Of a stretch of DNA of 64,000 bases, positions 10,761-21,183 are shown piece after piece. The position numbers were made by a program, and so were the translations under genes. The notes under the pieces are model-generated. The model did not search any database, was not told where the DNA came from, and saw only the letters and a list, made by a program, of their open reading frames with translations. This stretch comes from a virus. Position 1 is the stretch's first letter. Every line of letters begins with the position of its first letter. The DNA is taken from the IMG/VR virus record IMGVR_UViG_3300033146_001382, positions 125,442 through 189,441 of that record, one strand, 5' to 3'.

Positions 10761-12724
10761 TGTCTGTACGTAGAGTAGGCCCAACTAGAAAATACCCAAC
10801 TATTATGAAAGCTTATTATGAGGCTTATTCAGGGGATATAATTCTAATTGATGAAGGCGTATATAGTGAACAGCTTAGTGTACATCATAATAAATATGTA
10901 CATTTTATTGGCAATACAAGAAAACCAGGTAATGGGAAAGTTATAATACGTCCATATAATGAAGCTAATGGTAATTGTATAACTTTTTCTGATATTTTGG
11001 TGAGTACGCCTATTTATATAGAGGGAATAAATTTTAAATTACCTTTAAATAGCACCCTTCCACCAGTGGTAGCTTTAAGATGTCCCAATGTAAATTTAAT
11101 TTTTAATAGATGTATAATAAATGCTTCTACTAAACATACTTATGTATTTGATTCTAATATTGATGAGCTAGCTTCCATCACCCTTAATTATTGTAAATTG
11201 ATTTGGAAGGATGATTATGTGTACGGGTTAAGTAGGGCAAAGCACTTTGAACAGGCGGGTAAAAAGGTAGAATATAAAATAAATCATTGTATTTTTAATA
11301 ACTCTATTGATAATTTTGCAATAAGTGATGTAGAGAGGTATGAAGGTAATACTTATTTAAGTGAGGATAATTTTACGTACCCTAGTGTATATGGAGAGAA
11401 TGAGCTATCTACTAGTAATACTACTTATCCTATAGGTGTCATAGATAATTACCAAAATATGTTTGATATAGATATAACTCCTTCATCTTTAGCTACATGC
11501 ACTCAGTTAGTGACAGGAGATATTCTAACTTTTTTTACAGATTTTGGTTTAGGTAATGAAAAGAAAATTATTTATTTTCGTTTAAATAATTATGTATATA
11601 ATTCTACAGCAGATAGTGTATATTTATATGCTTCTTTAGATAATATTATATGGGTGAAACTATATGGTTTAATACACTCTTCATACCATTGGTTTGCTTA
11701 TTTAGATAATACTACATTTTATAGATACTATAAATTAGATATAGAGGCTCCGTTTGGTAGTTTGACTAGCCAATTTTTCATACAAGACTACACATTAGCA
11801 TCAGCAAATACAGAGTATGCACCCTTAGATTATAAACTAACTTCAAATGAAGTAGGCTATGGGCCATATTATGGTAGTTACCAGAAATACACATTAAATG
11901 AGTACTATTTAGATGGTACTGTTACTGATGCGCTTCAAGATAATGTTCAAGTTGATTCTATTACTTTTGATATTAATAACAAAGGGAGAGATATAGAGCT
12001 AAGTTCAGATAATTTGACTGCCGAATTATCTACAGCTTTTTCTAGTAAATATGAAGTGGTTAAAGCTAATTTAGGTAAGTACACAGGTAAATATTATTTT
12101 GAATTTAGTGTAGTATCTTCTATTCATATTACTCACGTAGTTGTAGGTTTTGGAGTAGGCTCAGCCTCTAACGATGTGGCATGTGGTGGACGCGGGTCAA
12201 TAAGTTGGGGACTAGATCTAGCATCTGGAAGGTATTTACATAATGGTGTATATGCCAGTCAAAGAAGTTCGACTATACGTAATTATGATATTATAGGGGT
12301 AGCGTTAGATTTAAATAATGGTAAGGCTTGGTTTTCTATAAATGGAGTATGGCAGCTAGATGGTAATCCATCTTATGGAGATAATCCTATATTTGTATTT
12401 AATAACTATACTCTATTTCCTATGACTTCCCTGTATACTATAGGCATATATACCGCTAAATCGCATATGATTTGTGATCCAGCTCATCTACAGTTTGAGA
12501 TACCGGATGGGTTTACTTACTATGGAGTCAATGTTAAATGGAAGGTTAATTATTATAATATGATAACTAATGAGTATCTAGGGTATGTGTATACTAACGA
12601 GGATGGTACATACCATATAGACACTTCTTACTCTGGTCCACATTTATTAATTTGTGAAGATGCTTCTACAGCACCTGTTTATAATGATTTAGTGTATAGC
12701 AATATAATACCAAAGAGGTACTAA
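10760..12724 (+). CDS. Putative tail spike/adhesin: beta-helix-like N-terminus, discoidin-like middle, SPRY-like domain
   Basis: N-terminus VGPTRKYPTIMKAYYEAYSGDIILIDEGVY is a typical right-handed beta-helix start. SPRY-like GKYYFEF...GDIIGVALDL(NN)GKAWFSING. Paralogous to the next ORF. Confidence 0.55.
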   Translation: MSVRRVGPTRKYPTIMKAYYEAYSGDIILIDEGVYSEQLSVHHNKYVHFIGNTRKPGNGKVIIRPYNEANGNCITFSDILVSTPIYIEGINFKLPLNSTLPPVVALRCPNVNLIFNRCIINASTKHTYVFDSNIDELASITLNYCKLIWKDDYVYGLSRAKHFEQAGKKVEYKINHCIFNNSIDNFAISDVERYEGNTYLSEDNFTYPSVYGENELSTSNTTYPIGVIDNYQNMFDIDITPSSLATCTQLVTGDILTFFTDFGLGNEKKIIYFRLNNYVYNSTADSVYLYASLDNIIWVKLYGLIHSSYHWFAYLDNTTFYRYYKLDIEAPFGSLTSQFFIQDYTLASANTEYAPLDYKLTSNEVGYGPYYGSYQKYTLNEYYLDGTVTDALQDNVQVDSITFDINNKGRDIELSSDNLTAELSTAFSSKYEVVKANLGKYTGKYYFEFSVVSSIHITHVVVGFGVGSASNDVACGGRGSISWGLDLASGRYLHNGVYASQRSSTIRNYDIIGVALDLNNGKAWFSINGVWQLDGNPSYGDNPIFVFNNYTLFPMTSLYTIGIYTAKSHMICDPAHLQFEIPDGFTYYGVNVKWKVNYYNMITNEYLGYVYTNEDGTYHIDTSYSGPHLLICEDASTAPVYNDLVYSNIIPKRY

Positions 12725-12726
12725 TA

Positions 12727-14580
12727 ATGGCAATAATTAGAGTCGGCATAGATAAAGAATTTAAAACTATACAAACTGCCTTTCATGCAGCTTCTTCAGG
12801 AGACACCTTATTAATTGATGAAGGAGTTTACGAAGAGGCCTTATATTTTGTTAATAAAGCTGTGAATTTAATTGGTAATACTGATTTTCCTAAGGAAGGT
12901 AATGTCGTAATAAAGCCTATAAGTACTTCTGTATATGGGGTAACTACTCGTTATGAGGTACCACTTACTATAGAATACGATGAAAGTAGTCCAGATACTT
13001 ATATGTTTATAGAGGGTCTAAAGTTTGTATCTGATGCCCATAGCTATGAGTCTACAATTATTTATTTAAAGCAGGGAAATTCTACAGATTTTGTACCTTT
13101 AAGACTAGTCTTTAATAAGTGTATATTAGATGCATCTATGGGCTTAAAAAGTACCGGAAACATTATAAAATGGTTAGGGGCTGCTGGTTATCCTATAAAA
13201 GAGTTAACTTTATCTAATTGTGAAATAATATGGGCTGGAGATGACACTATTATATCTAGTGAGTGTAATGCTATTCCTGTTAAGAAACTAATTAAATGCA
13301 TACTAAGTGATTACCCACCTTTAGATTTTTTTGGTGTAGGGCACACAAGTGTTATTACTACTACCTCGTCTGGGGTCATAAATCCTGATAATTTATTTGA
13401 TAATAATACTAGCACTTATAGTGATTTTCAGCATTCACCTCCTGGTTGGGTGCAACAACAATTTGATGTCCCAAAAATTATAAATCAAGTAAGATTTAGG
13501 CAATATTATGCTGGATTTGGTGGAGCAGGTTTTATTTTAGAAGCTTCTAATACCGGAGAATTTTTAGGGGAACAAGTGGAGTTGTATAGAAATTTAGTAG
13601 CTGTACCTGGAACTTGGAGGGTGTACTATTTTGAAAATGATATCGCATATAAATATATACGTTTATATAATTCCAGTTTAGCAGCGTCTGTATGGCGTTT
13701 ATACTCAGTTATTTTTGAGTGGGCTTATGTTCACAATGAGGACTATATTATGCAAGATAATGAGAATATTTTTGAATACGGACCTATATACTCAGATTAT
13801 ATTACTACTATCCCCCCTACACACTGCTTTTCTGGTATAGTCTCTACTCAGGATGTGCCGATGGAGACTAGTTTAAAAATATTTAGACGAGATAATGCAC
13901 AAGTTATGGATACTATTACTTCTAACGCAACTACCGGAGAGTATTATTTTGAAACTAGTTTTGCTGGTTATCATAATATTATGTGTAGTGATGCTTCTGG
14001 TCCACCTATTTATAATGCTTTATTAAAATCTAGATGTGTCCCTAAACCCTTATCTAATATTTACACTCCAGTAGTAAGAACTTCTAAAGAAATTAAAACC
14101 ATTGTTGTTGATATAGCAGATAACTGGGGGGCAACCAACTATATAGCTATAAGAGCTATAGACTTTTTAATTAATGGTATAATAATTAGATGCGGCCCAG
14201 TTTATGGGTCTGCTTACTCTACTACATATAGTAGTAATGCTTATAAAGCTGAATTTACATTTAATTACGCACTTTCTAAACTTGGGTCAGCTTGGGGTAA
14301 TTCTTGGTTGTCTATAAATGGTCAGTACACTAATCAACGTCTAATATTTGTTTTTAACCAGATACACACTGTTGATCAATTAAGAATAACTAATGGGCAT
14401 CATTCAGTAGGTAATACTATTTATAGTGGTGCAAAAAATATAAATATTTATATTTCTTCTGATGCTTATACAGATACTATTTATGGTAATCCAATACCTG
14501 GCAGTGAACTTGTTTTTAGTGGTATTTTACCTATACATGTAGATGCTAATAGACATTTTTATTACGATATTTTTTTCTAA
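12727..14580 (+). CDS. Putative tail spike/adhesin paralog with discoidin-like and extra C-terminal lectin-like modules
   Basis: N-terminus VGIDKEFKTIQTAFHAASSGDTLLIDEGVY aligns by eye with the previous ORF. Discoidin-like NLFDNN...WVQQQF...YKYIRLY. Confidence 0.5.
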   Translation: MAIIRVGIDKEFKTIQTAFHAASSGDTLLIDEGVYEEALYFVNKAVNLIGNTDFPKEGNVVIKPISTSVYGVTTRYEVPLTIEYDESSPDTYMFIEGLKFVSDAHSYESTIIYLKQGNSTDFVPLRLVFNKCILDASMGLKSTGNIIKWLGAAGYPIKELTLSNCEIIWAGDDTIISSECNAIPVKKLIKCILSDYPPLDFFGVGHTSVITTTSSGVINPDNLFDNNTSTYSDFQHSPPGWVQQQFDVPKIINQVRFRQYYAGFGGAGFILEASNTGEFLGEQVELYRNLVAVPGTWRVYYFENDIAYKYIRLYNSSLAASVWRLYSVIFEWAYVHNEDYIMQDNENIFEYGPIYSDYITTIPPTHCFSGIVSTQDVPMETSLKIFRRDNAQVMDTITSNATTGEYYFETSFAGYHNIMCSDASGPPIYNALLKSRCVPKPLSNIYTPVVRTSKEIKTIVVDIADNWGATNYIAIRAIDFLINGIIIRCGPVYGSAYSTTYSSNAYKAEFTFNYALSKLGSAWGNSWLSINGQYTNQRLIFVFNQIHTVDQLRITNGHHSVGNTIYSGAKNINIYISSDAYTDTIYGNPIPGSELVFSGILPIHVDANRHFYYDIFF

Positions 14581-14658
14581 TAGGTTTACAATGTATATTT
14601 AATACTTATATTTTGATTAAGAACTATTTTATATCTTTAATTAATTTAATATAGTATC

Positions 14659-14689
14659 TTGACAATATCTATTTTAAGTATTATATTAT
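14659..14689 (+). promoter_or_regulatory. Sigma70-type promoter, copy 1 of a TTGACA-N12/13-GTATTATATTA motif
   Basis: TTGACA at 14659-14664, 17-nt spacer, TATATT at 14682-14687. Intergenic, upstream of the replication cluster. Confidence 0.7.
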
Positions 14690-14781
14690 AATTATAATGG
14701 AGATAGCTCTATTAACTAAGATTAAACTGACCTTAGTATAAATAGAATAAAGTAAACTAATATTAAATAATAGAGGTATTA

Positions 14782-15906
14782 ATGGAATTTTATATTAAGA
14801 CTGAAGATGCTCAAAGGGTTTTTAAATTTTTAAGTGTTACAGCAAAGATAAATACTACAGATTTTGGAGGTCAAATTGTCATTAATACGCTACCTGATAG
14901 TGTTATATTTTTATCTAATAATGGCAGCTCAGGAATTTCGTGTGAAATACCAGCTAACGTAGTAACCCAAGGCAAATCTACAATAATTTATAGTAAGATA
15001 AAATCATTTATTATGACGTTTATGCCTTGGGACGGAGAGTCAGGTATGAAGGAGTTTTGTTTTTGTACGGATAAAGACAAACTGAATATATCTGCTATAA
15101 CTACCCACCTGAATGAACTTAAAACTAATAGTAATTTAAAATTACCACAAGTTAGAGAATCAGCCTTTTTTTCCAAGGTAGTTTTAGATAAGCCATCTAT
15201 TACACTTAATTCTAGTATTTTAAAATCAGCAATAGAAAAGGGACTGTATGCAATAAATTCTGGTAGTAAGATTGACTACATTCAGGGTCTACGTATGTAT
15301 TTAAAGGATAATACAATTAGATTTACGTCTACTAATGGACACGTTGTTTCTGATTATGCTGTTGTGAGTGATGTTGAATTGGAAGATGGAGAATATTTTC
15401 TATCTCATGAGTTTTTAGCTGGCCTTAGGCGTGTACTTGTAGATGACACCCAACTTTTTTTAGAATTTAGTAAAACTAAAACTATTGTAGCAACTGAAAA
15501 TATTGTTTATTGGGCAGCAGCTTTGCATTATGATGTATACCCTTCGTATATGTCACTTTTTACTGGATTTAAAGGTGAGATTGAGGTGGATCGGGAAATT
15601 CTATTAAATGGACTAGCTTCATTTATAGATGTATTAGATGCAGAGGATAATAACAGAGTGACTATTGAAGTAGCCGATAATAAATTAGCTCTAAAAACTG
15701 ATAATTCTCTATTTGAATACCCAGCACCTACTGAGTCTGTAAAGTTTAGTTTAGACCTTGATGGTTCTGAGATGAGAGACACTTTACAAGCACTAGGTGA
15801 CGATACTTTAAAGCTAATTTCATTAGGTGCAGATAGAGGTATGGTGTTTGAATCGGTGGGATATGAAGATCATAAATCATTAGTTGTTAGTTTAAAACCT
15901 AGATAA
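14782..15906 (+). CDS. dnaN: DNA polymerase sliding clamp (beta-clamp-like)
   Basis: 374 aa, the typical beta-clamp length. Segment YAINSGSKIDYIQGLRMYL...IRFTSTNGHVVS matches the beta-clamp pattern (..Gv.....l.lvATDghRL). Leads the replication cluster. Confidence 0.75.
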   Translation: MEFYIKTEDAQRVFKFLSVTAKINTTDFGGQIVINTLPDSVIFLSNNGSSGISCEIPANVVTQGKSTIIYSKIKSFIMTFMPWDGESGMKEFCFCTDKDKLNISAITTHLNELKTNSNLKLPQVRESAFFSKVVLDKPSITLNSSILKSAIEKGLYAINSGSKIDYIQGLRMYLKDNTIRFTSTNGHVVSDYAVVSDVELEDGEYFLSHEFLAGLRRVLVDDTQLFLEFSKTKTIVATENIVYWAAALHYDVYPSYMSLFTGFKGEIEVDREILLNGLASFIDVLDAEDNNRVTIEVADNKLALKTDNSLFEYPAPTESVKFSLDLDGSEMRDTLQALGDDTLKLISLGADRGMVFESVGYEDHKSLVVSLKPR

Positions 15907-15913
15907 TAATATT

Positions 15914-16513
15914 ATGTATAAACATAAAGTAGTAGAGTTAAGTAAAGCAATTGAAGAATTTAATTCAGGTAATTTATTAATTCCAGAGTCATTTTTACTA
16001 GATACTATACTAAGTAAATGTAGGGATTTATTAATATGTAATAATTATGCGGTAATTAAGAAGCCAAGAACAGCATTAAAAGTTAAAAATACAAAAGGAT
16101 TAGTAGACTTATATTATTTTATTCTTAATGCTACTACCAATTTAATACCTTATAGAAACGATAAAATAGATCTAAGTATAGCTAAAGCACTATTAGCTTT
16201 TATACAGACCTCTACTGGATTGGATAGACAACTCTCGCTTGTGAAAGCTACTAATATTGTAGAAGGTTTATTTATATATAAAAAGCAATTAAATTTAGAT
16301 CCAGAGATTATGACTACATTTAAAGTTTTTGGCCAAGATAAGTTGGGGTGGATTACAAATAAGATCATATATTTACTAAATAAGGAGCAATGTGATGAGG
16401 CTAAACTAGTAACTCGCGCAGATGCTAATACAGAAATGTATGTTAAAAAGAACAATATACAGTTTGGATGGGATGACTTAGAGGAAATAGCTAATAACTT
16501 AGGAGATAATTAA
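15914..16513 (+). CDS. Hypothetical protein
   Basis: 199-aa ORF packed between clamp and recA. No motif recognised. Confidence 0.6.
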   Translation: MYKHKVVELSKAIEEFNSGNLLIPESFLLDTILSKCRDLLICNNYAVIKKPRTALKVKNTKGLVDLYYFILNATTNLIPYRNDKIDLSIAKALLAFIQTSTGLDRQLSLVKATNIVEGLFIYKKQLNLDPEIMTTFKVFGQDKLGWITNKIIYLLNKEQCDEAKLVTRADANTEMYVKKNNIQFGWDDLEEIANNLGDN

Positions 16514-16514
16514 T

Positions 16515-18659
16515 ATGGCTGCAAAAAAGAAAAAAGAGACTTTGGAAGATAGTAAACTTAGTGCTGCTTTAGAAAAAAAAGCAACTAATTCTGTATTAAC
16601 TAAAATTAAGAAGAAATATGGGAATGTTTTATCTCCATTATCTGAAGCTAATAATAGTATTAACACTGTAAGTACTGGGTCTTTGAGCTTGGATCTGGCT
16701 TTAGGAAGAGGTGGTATGGCATTAGGACGTGTTTACGAGGTATATGGCCCTAATAGTAGTGGTAAGAGTACCTTAGGGGTACATGTAGTAATACAAGCGC
16801 AAAGAAGGGGGCTGAAGTGTGCCTATTTAGATGCTGAGGTAGCAGTAGATCCTAAATTATTTGCTAACTATGGTGTTGACTCTAAGAAATTGGATCTAGT
16901 GCAAGTATATGGTGGCGAACCTAATTTAGACATCTTACAAAAACTAATTGAAACAGGTGCATACTCCGTAATAGTAATTGATAGTGTTAGTGCCCTTATT
17001 CCGATGTCAGAAGCAGAAGCTGATATAGATAAGGATCATATGGCCCTGCAAGCTAGGCTTATGAGTAAAGCGCTCAGAAAGATAGCACCTAAGGCTGCTG
17101 AAAATAATACTTTACTGATATTTGTTAACCAGCTGAGGATGAAGCTTGGGGGTTATGGATGTTTTCATTATGATACGCTTGTTAATTTTGTTGATGGACC
17201 CAGTTTGCCTATAGGAAAAGTAGTTAATGATAAAATACAAGGAGAGGTTTGGTGCTTTAATGAAAAATTAAATAAAGTAGAGTCTAAACCAATAATTAAT
17301 TGGTATGATAATGGGGATGTTACGGATAAAGATGCTTTTATTCATATACAAACAGCGTCTATTAATGGTAGAGGTAGGTTTGGTTTAACTTGTACAACTA
17401 ATCATAAAATTTTAACTGACAGTGGTTGGAAAGAAGCGGGTAATTTATCTTTTGAGGATAAGTTAGTTTCAAAATATGAAGAAACTATTAATGGTACTTA
17501 TGGTGATTTTTTAAGTGGTATATTAATAGGTGACAGCTATATTTCAGTTAGACATAAAAATACAGGTTCTTTGAGGCTACAGGACAATGAAAATAAAGAC
17601 TATATTAATTGGAAACTTGATAAACTATCTAATTTCATAGATTTTAATGAATTAAAGATGAGCAGAGGATATAGATACGACAGTAATTATACTTATGAGT
17701 TCGCTAAGATAAAAAGAGATATAGGTACTAGAGATCCCATGTATTTTCTAAATAATTATACTGACTTAGGATTTGCTTTATGGCTTATGGATGATGGCAA
17801 TTTAGATTTGAATAATGGGCATAGACGTTATGGTGTGTCTATTAAAAGATTTAAAAATAATGTAGAAAAATGTAATGAAATTAAAAATAAATTTATTAAA
17901 CTTGGATTTGTTTGTAATTACACTATAGACTCCGGATTTTTTCAATTTGAAACTTCAATTACTGATAAAATAGCTTTGAAGATTTGTAAATATATCCCAA
18001 AATGTATGGAGTATAAGCTTCCATTTGAATACAGAGATAGATATAAAGAATTTATACTAGAAAATAAATCACAAATGAAAACTGACTTAGTAGAAATTAA
18101 AGAAATAAGAGAAGCTTCTGATAGGCAGTTAAGAAAAAGAAGAAAATTTGATATATCTGTTGAAAATAATCATAACTATATGGTTGGTGGTAAATATAAC
18201 GGTGTTTTTGTACATAATTCACCAGAAACAACTACTGGTGGGGAAGCACTAGGTTTTTGGACTACTGGAAGGATAAGTATAAGAGGCCCAGAAGCTAGAA
18301 AAAGAAGGTTACTAGATGATGCTGGAGAGGTATATGGACATATAGCTGCGCATGAAGTTCAGAAGAATAAATTGGGTGAACCATTTAAGAAGGCTAATTT
18401 AAATCTTATTTATAATAAGGGGTATGATTTTTATAATGAAGTACTAGAAATGGCAGTCAGTATGGATATCGTTGAGAAAGCTGGGTCTTGGTTTAAGTAT
18501 AAAGATGAAAATCTAGCTCAAGGTAATGACAAGACACTTGCTATTTTAAAAGAAAATACTAAATTATTTAATGAGATTAGAACTATTGTAATAGAAACTG
18601 TAGGATTAAAGGAGCAATATGAGCTACATAGCAACCCAGGTCCACTCTACCCTAATTAA
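16515..18659 (+). CDS. recA: RecA recombinase interrupted by an intein
   Basis: STGSLSLDLALG, Walker A GPNSSGKST, Walker B VIVIDSVSAL, QARLMSKALRK, and PETTTGG after the intein. Confidence 0.97.
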   Translation: MAAKKKKETLEDSKLSAALEKKATNSVLTKIKKKYGNVLSPLSEANNSINTVSTGSLSLDLALGRGGMALGRVYEVYGPNSSGKSTLGVHVVIQAQRRGLKCAYLDAEVAVDPKLFANYGVDSKKLDLVQVYGGEPNLDILQKLIETGAYSVIVIDSVSALIPMSEAEADIDKDHMALQARLMSKALRKIAPKAAENNTLLIFVNQLRMKLGGYGCFHYDTLVNFVDGPSLPIGKVVNDKIQGEVWCFNEKLNKVESKPIINWYDNGDVTDKDAFIHIQTASINGRGRFGLTCTTNHKILTDSGWKEAGNLSFEDKLVSKYEETINGTYGDFLSGILIGDSYISVRHKNTGSLRLQDNENKDYINWKLDKLSNFIDFNELKMSRGYRYDSNYTYEFAKIKRDIGTRDPMYFLNNYTDLGFALWLMDDGNLDLNNGHRRYGVSIKRFKNNVEKCNEIKNKFIKLGFVCNYTIDSGFFQFETSITDKIALKICKYIPKCMEYKLPFEYRDRYKEFILENKSQMKTDLVEIKEIREASDRQLRKRRKFDISVENNHNYMVGGKYNGVFVHNSPETTTGGEALGFWTTGRISIRGPEARKRRLLDDAGEVYGHIAAHEVQKNKLGEPFKKANLNLIYNKGYDFYNEVLEMAVSMDIVEKAGSWFKYKDENLAQGNDKTLAILKENTKLFNEIRTIVIETVGLKEQYELHSNPGPLYPN
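17160..18218 (+). mobile_element. Intein (353 aa) with LAGLIDADG-type homing endonuclease in recA
   Basis: Starts C (CFHYDTLV) after GGYG and ends VHN before S (SPETTTGG). Endonuclease blocks GILIGDS and LWLMDDG. Confidence 0.95.
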
Positions 18660-18981
18660 ATTATTCCCTTCTAATCCATTTAAACAAGTGTTTTGTGAGT
18701 ACTATGTTAATTATAAGGGGCAGAAATTATTCTTTGATTTTTATATTAAAAAGTTAGATGTATTTATTGAAGTTCAAGGCAGACAACATACAGAATTTGT
18801 TAAACACTTCCATAAAGATAAAAAAGCTTTTTTACAACAAAAAGAAAGAGATAATTTAAAAATAATTTGGGCAGAAGAGAACGATTATTGCTTAGTAAGG
18901 ATAAATTTTGATGAGGAAATAACCGACCAGTTGGTTATGGACAAGATAACAAAAGCAATGGAGGGTGGATTTTATGAATAA
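18619..18981 (+). CDS. Small PD-(D/E)XK / DUF559-like endonuclease-fold protein
   Basis: FDFYI...FIEVQGRQH...F..QKERD..K pattern typical of Vsr/DUF559-like nucleases. Confidence 0.6.
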   Translation: MSYIATQVHSTLIKLFPSNPFKQVFCEYYVNYKGQKLFFDFYIKKLDVFIEVQGRQHTEFVKHFHKDKKAFLQQKERDNLKIIWAEENDYCLVRINFDEEITDQLVMDKITKAMEGGFYE

Positions 18982-19282
18982 TATAGTTAATAGTACTACA
19001 CAACAACCCACTTCTGACTCTGTGCACTATAAAAAGGATTGTATGGACTTTATTTGTCTTAATGATGGGACTATTTATAGGGAGTGTAAGTACTGTGAGC
19101 ACAGCTTGGTTTGTAGGCAAGTTGATTTATTAAATGGCAAACCTATTTTAATGGAGTCGCATTATTGTCCAGTAGTTGACCCTATAACTCAAAAAACTAC
19201 AGAGTGGCAGTATTATTGCACAGGAAAGTATGATCACAGAACCCTTATTGAGCAGCAGGATGGTGATGATAAAATATCATAG
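18974..19282 (+). CDS. Cys-rich hypothetical protein
   Basis: ORF with CKYC and several other Cys. ATG 18974 chosen for its upstream GGAGGG. Confidence 0.5.
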   Translation: MNNIVNSTTQQPTSDSVHYKKDCMDFICLNDGTIYRECKYCEHSLVCRQVDLLNGKPILMESHYCPVVDPITQKTTEWQYYCTGKYDHRTLIEQQDGDDKIS

Positions 19283-19291
19283 GAGTAAATT

Positions 19292-19753
19292 ATGGATAAT
19301 GGAGTAATGTCGTTTAATAAGATAGAAATAAATAATGGATTTTTAGAACAAATTTGGAAGTTTAATCCCATAACTTTAGGATCTTTAGATGATCTCACTG
19401 TTAGTCAGTACTCCATTTGTTTGGCACAATATTTAATATTTTTTAGGTCAGAGTTGAATCAAACTAAAGCTATTATCGCCAAGAAAAAGAAATTATTAGA
19501 CTCATCTATAGCAATTGCGTTAGATGCTAATATAATTAAAATGTATAAAACTAAAACAGCAGCTATTGATTTTATTAAAAACTCTAACCCTGAATTATCG
19601 GAGCTAGAACAGGAAATAGGTGATTTAACGGCAGAAGTAATACGTATAGATGGTATAGATAAAGCTGTTAGTGAATATATAGCTACGTTTAAGCGTGAGT
19701 TGACACGTAGAGAGAAAGAGTTATTTGCAGTAAGAGCAGAGAGGAGAAGTTAA
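19292..19753 (+). CDS. Coiled-coil hypothetical protein, possibly UvsY-like recombination mediator
   Basis: 153-aa helical protein with AGGAG RBS, directly upstream of dnaB. The UvsY-like role is inferred from size and context only. Confidence 0.4.
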   Translation: MDNGVMSFNKIEINNGFLEQIWKFNPITLGSLDDLTVSQYSICLAQYLIFFRSELNQTKAIIAKKKKLLDSSIAIALDANIIKMYKTKTAAIDFIKNSNPELSELEQEIGDLTAEVIRIDGIDKAVSEYIATFKRELTRREKELFAVRAERRS

Positions 19754-21183
19754 TGGCAGTAGATATAGTATCTGAGGTAGCTCAGAAAGATCTTTTTTAT
19801 CGCCCAGGGGATGAACGTACTGTTTTGTCTTATTGCTTCAAAAGTGTGGATTATTTTTATGACCTAACTTCTAAACTAACTGAAAGAGACTTTCTTTCTC
19901 CAGAACACCAATTATTATATGCTATATTTAATGGTTTTATGAATGAAGGTGTAGCAGTACTTGATTTATCTATGGTTATAAATCAGGCACAGAGTCTTGG
20001 AGTTATTGACCTATTAGGTGGTGTGGGTTATCTTCAATCTATTAGTAATATACAAGCAGATCCTGCTAATTTTAATGTCTATGTAAATAATGTTCTAGAG
20101 GCTAGTACTAAATTTCAAGTACATATGTCTTTAACCCAACATTTAAATACCATAGAAGCAAATGCTCAGTCAGGACTAAGTGGGATGGATTTGGTAAGTA
20201 AAGTAGAGGTTGATATGTTAGATATGTCCTCCGTATCTTTATTAAATGATGATCCTGTTAAATTTGGTGATGGACTTAAAGAGTATCTAGATGAGCGTAG
20301 ACATAAAAAAATAACTATGACAGGACTATCTACAGGGTATCCTATTCTAGATCGTCAAATAGATGGGCTAATCTCAGGTACTTTAATGGTAATAGCTGCT
20401 CGTAAGAAAATGGGGAAAAGTGCTTTTTTAACTAATGTGGCACTATTTAATGCATTTAAATCTAATGTAGCTACTCTTTATATTGATACAGAATTAACTT
20501 ATCTAGAATGGCAAACTAGGGCATTATCAATACTGTCTGGAGTTAAAGAAAGAGATATAAAACATGGTGGGTATACTGATGAGCAGATTAGAAGGCTAGA
20601 GTGGGCAAGAAAGGTTATATCTAAAGGTAAAGTGTTTCATAAATATATGCCGGGCTATAGTGTGGATAAGGTGGTGTCTCTTTGTAAAAAATACAAACTA
20701 AAAGAAGATATAGGGTTAATAGTTTTTGATTATCTTAAAGAACCTGACCTATCTACTACTGATGGTAGTCGTAAGGAGCATCAATTATTAGGAGATATTA
20801 CTACAAAATTAAAAGATTTAGCTGGTATATTAGATCTTCCAGTACTAACTGCTGTACAGTTAAATAGACAGAATGATATTGCTGATAGTGATAGGATAGC
20901 TAGATTTGGTGATATTATTTCTATTTGGGGAGCACGTACAGAAGAAGAAAAAGATCAATGTGGCCCAGAAGGAGGGTCGTATAAATTGGTAATTAAAGAT
21001 ACACGTAGAGGTGGTAGTACAGGTAGTGAAGGGATTGGTTATTGGTTTTTTAAGGATAGGTTAACAATTAGAGAAGTAAGCCCAACTGATCAGTACTTTA
21101 TTACCCAGGGGGATGAGGTAGCTAATGTAGATGACTTAGATGATGATCTTTATATGAGGGAGGTTGGAGATGAGTTTGCCTAA
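19753..21183 (+). CDS. dnaB: Replicative DNA helicase DnaB
   Basis: GLSTGYPILDRQIDGL, Walker A AARKKMGKS, IVFDYL, PVLTAVQLNR. Confidence 0.95.
   Translation: MAVDIVSEVAQKDLFYRPGDERTVLSYCFKSVDYFYDLTSKLTERDFLSPEHQLLYAIFNGFMNEGVAVLDLSMVINQAQSLGVIDLLGGVGYLQSISNIQADPANFNVYVNNVLEASTKFQVHMSLTQHLNTIEANAQSGLSGMDLVSKVEVDMLDMSSVSLLNDDPVKFGDGLKEYLDERRHKKITMTGLSTGYPILDRQIDGLISGTLMVIAARKKMGKSAFLTNVALFNAFKSNVATLYIDTELTYLEWQTRALSILSGVKERDIKHGGYTDEQIRRLEWARKVISKGKVFHKYMPGYSVDKVVSLCKKYKLKEDIGLIVFDYLKEPDLSTTDGSRKEHQLLGDITTKLKDLAGILDLPVLTAVQLNRQNDIADSDRIARFGDIISIWGARTEEEKDQCGPEGGSYKLVIKDTRRGGSTGSEGIGYWFFKDRLTIREVSPTDQYFITQGDEVANVDDLDDDLYMREVGDEFA

Noticed and set aside
1-14782. Diversity-generating retroelement acting on the fibre genes
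   Set aside because: No reverse transcriptase in the window, and I found no template/variable repeat pair differing at adenines. The only near-exact repeat is a fully identical in-frame 76-mer.
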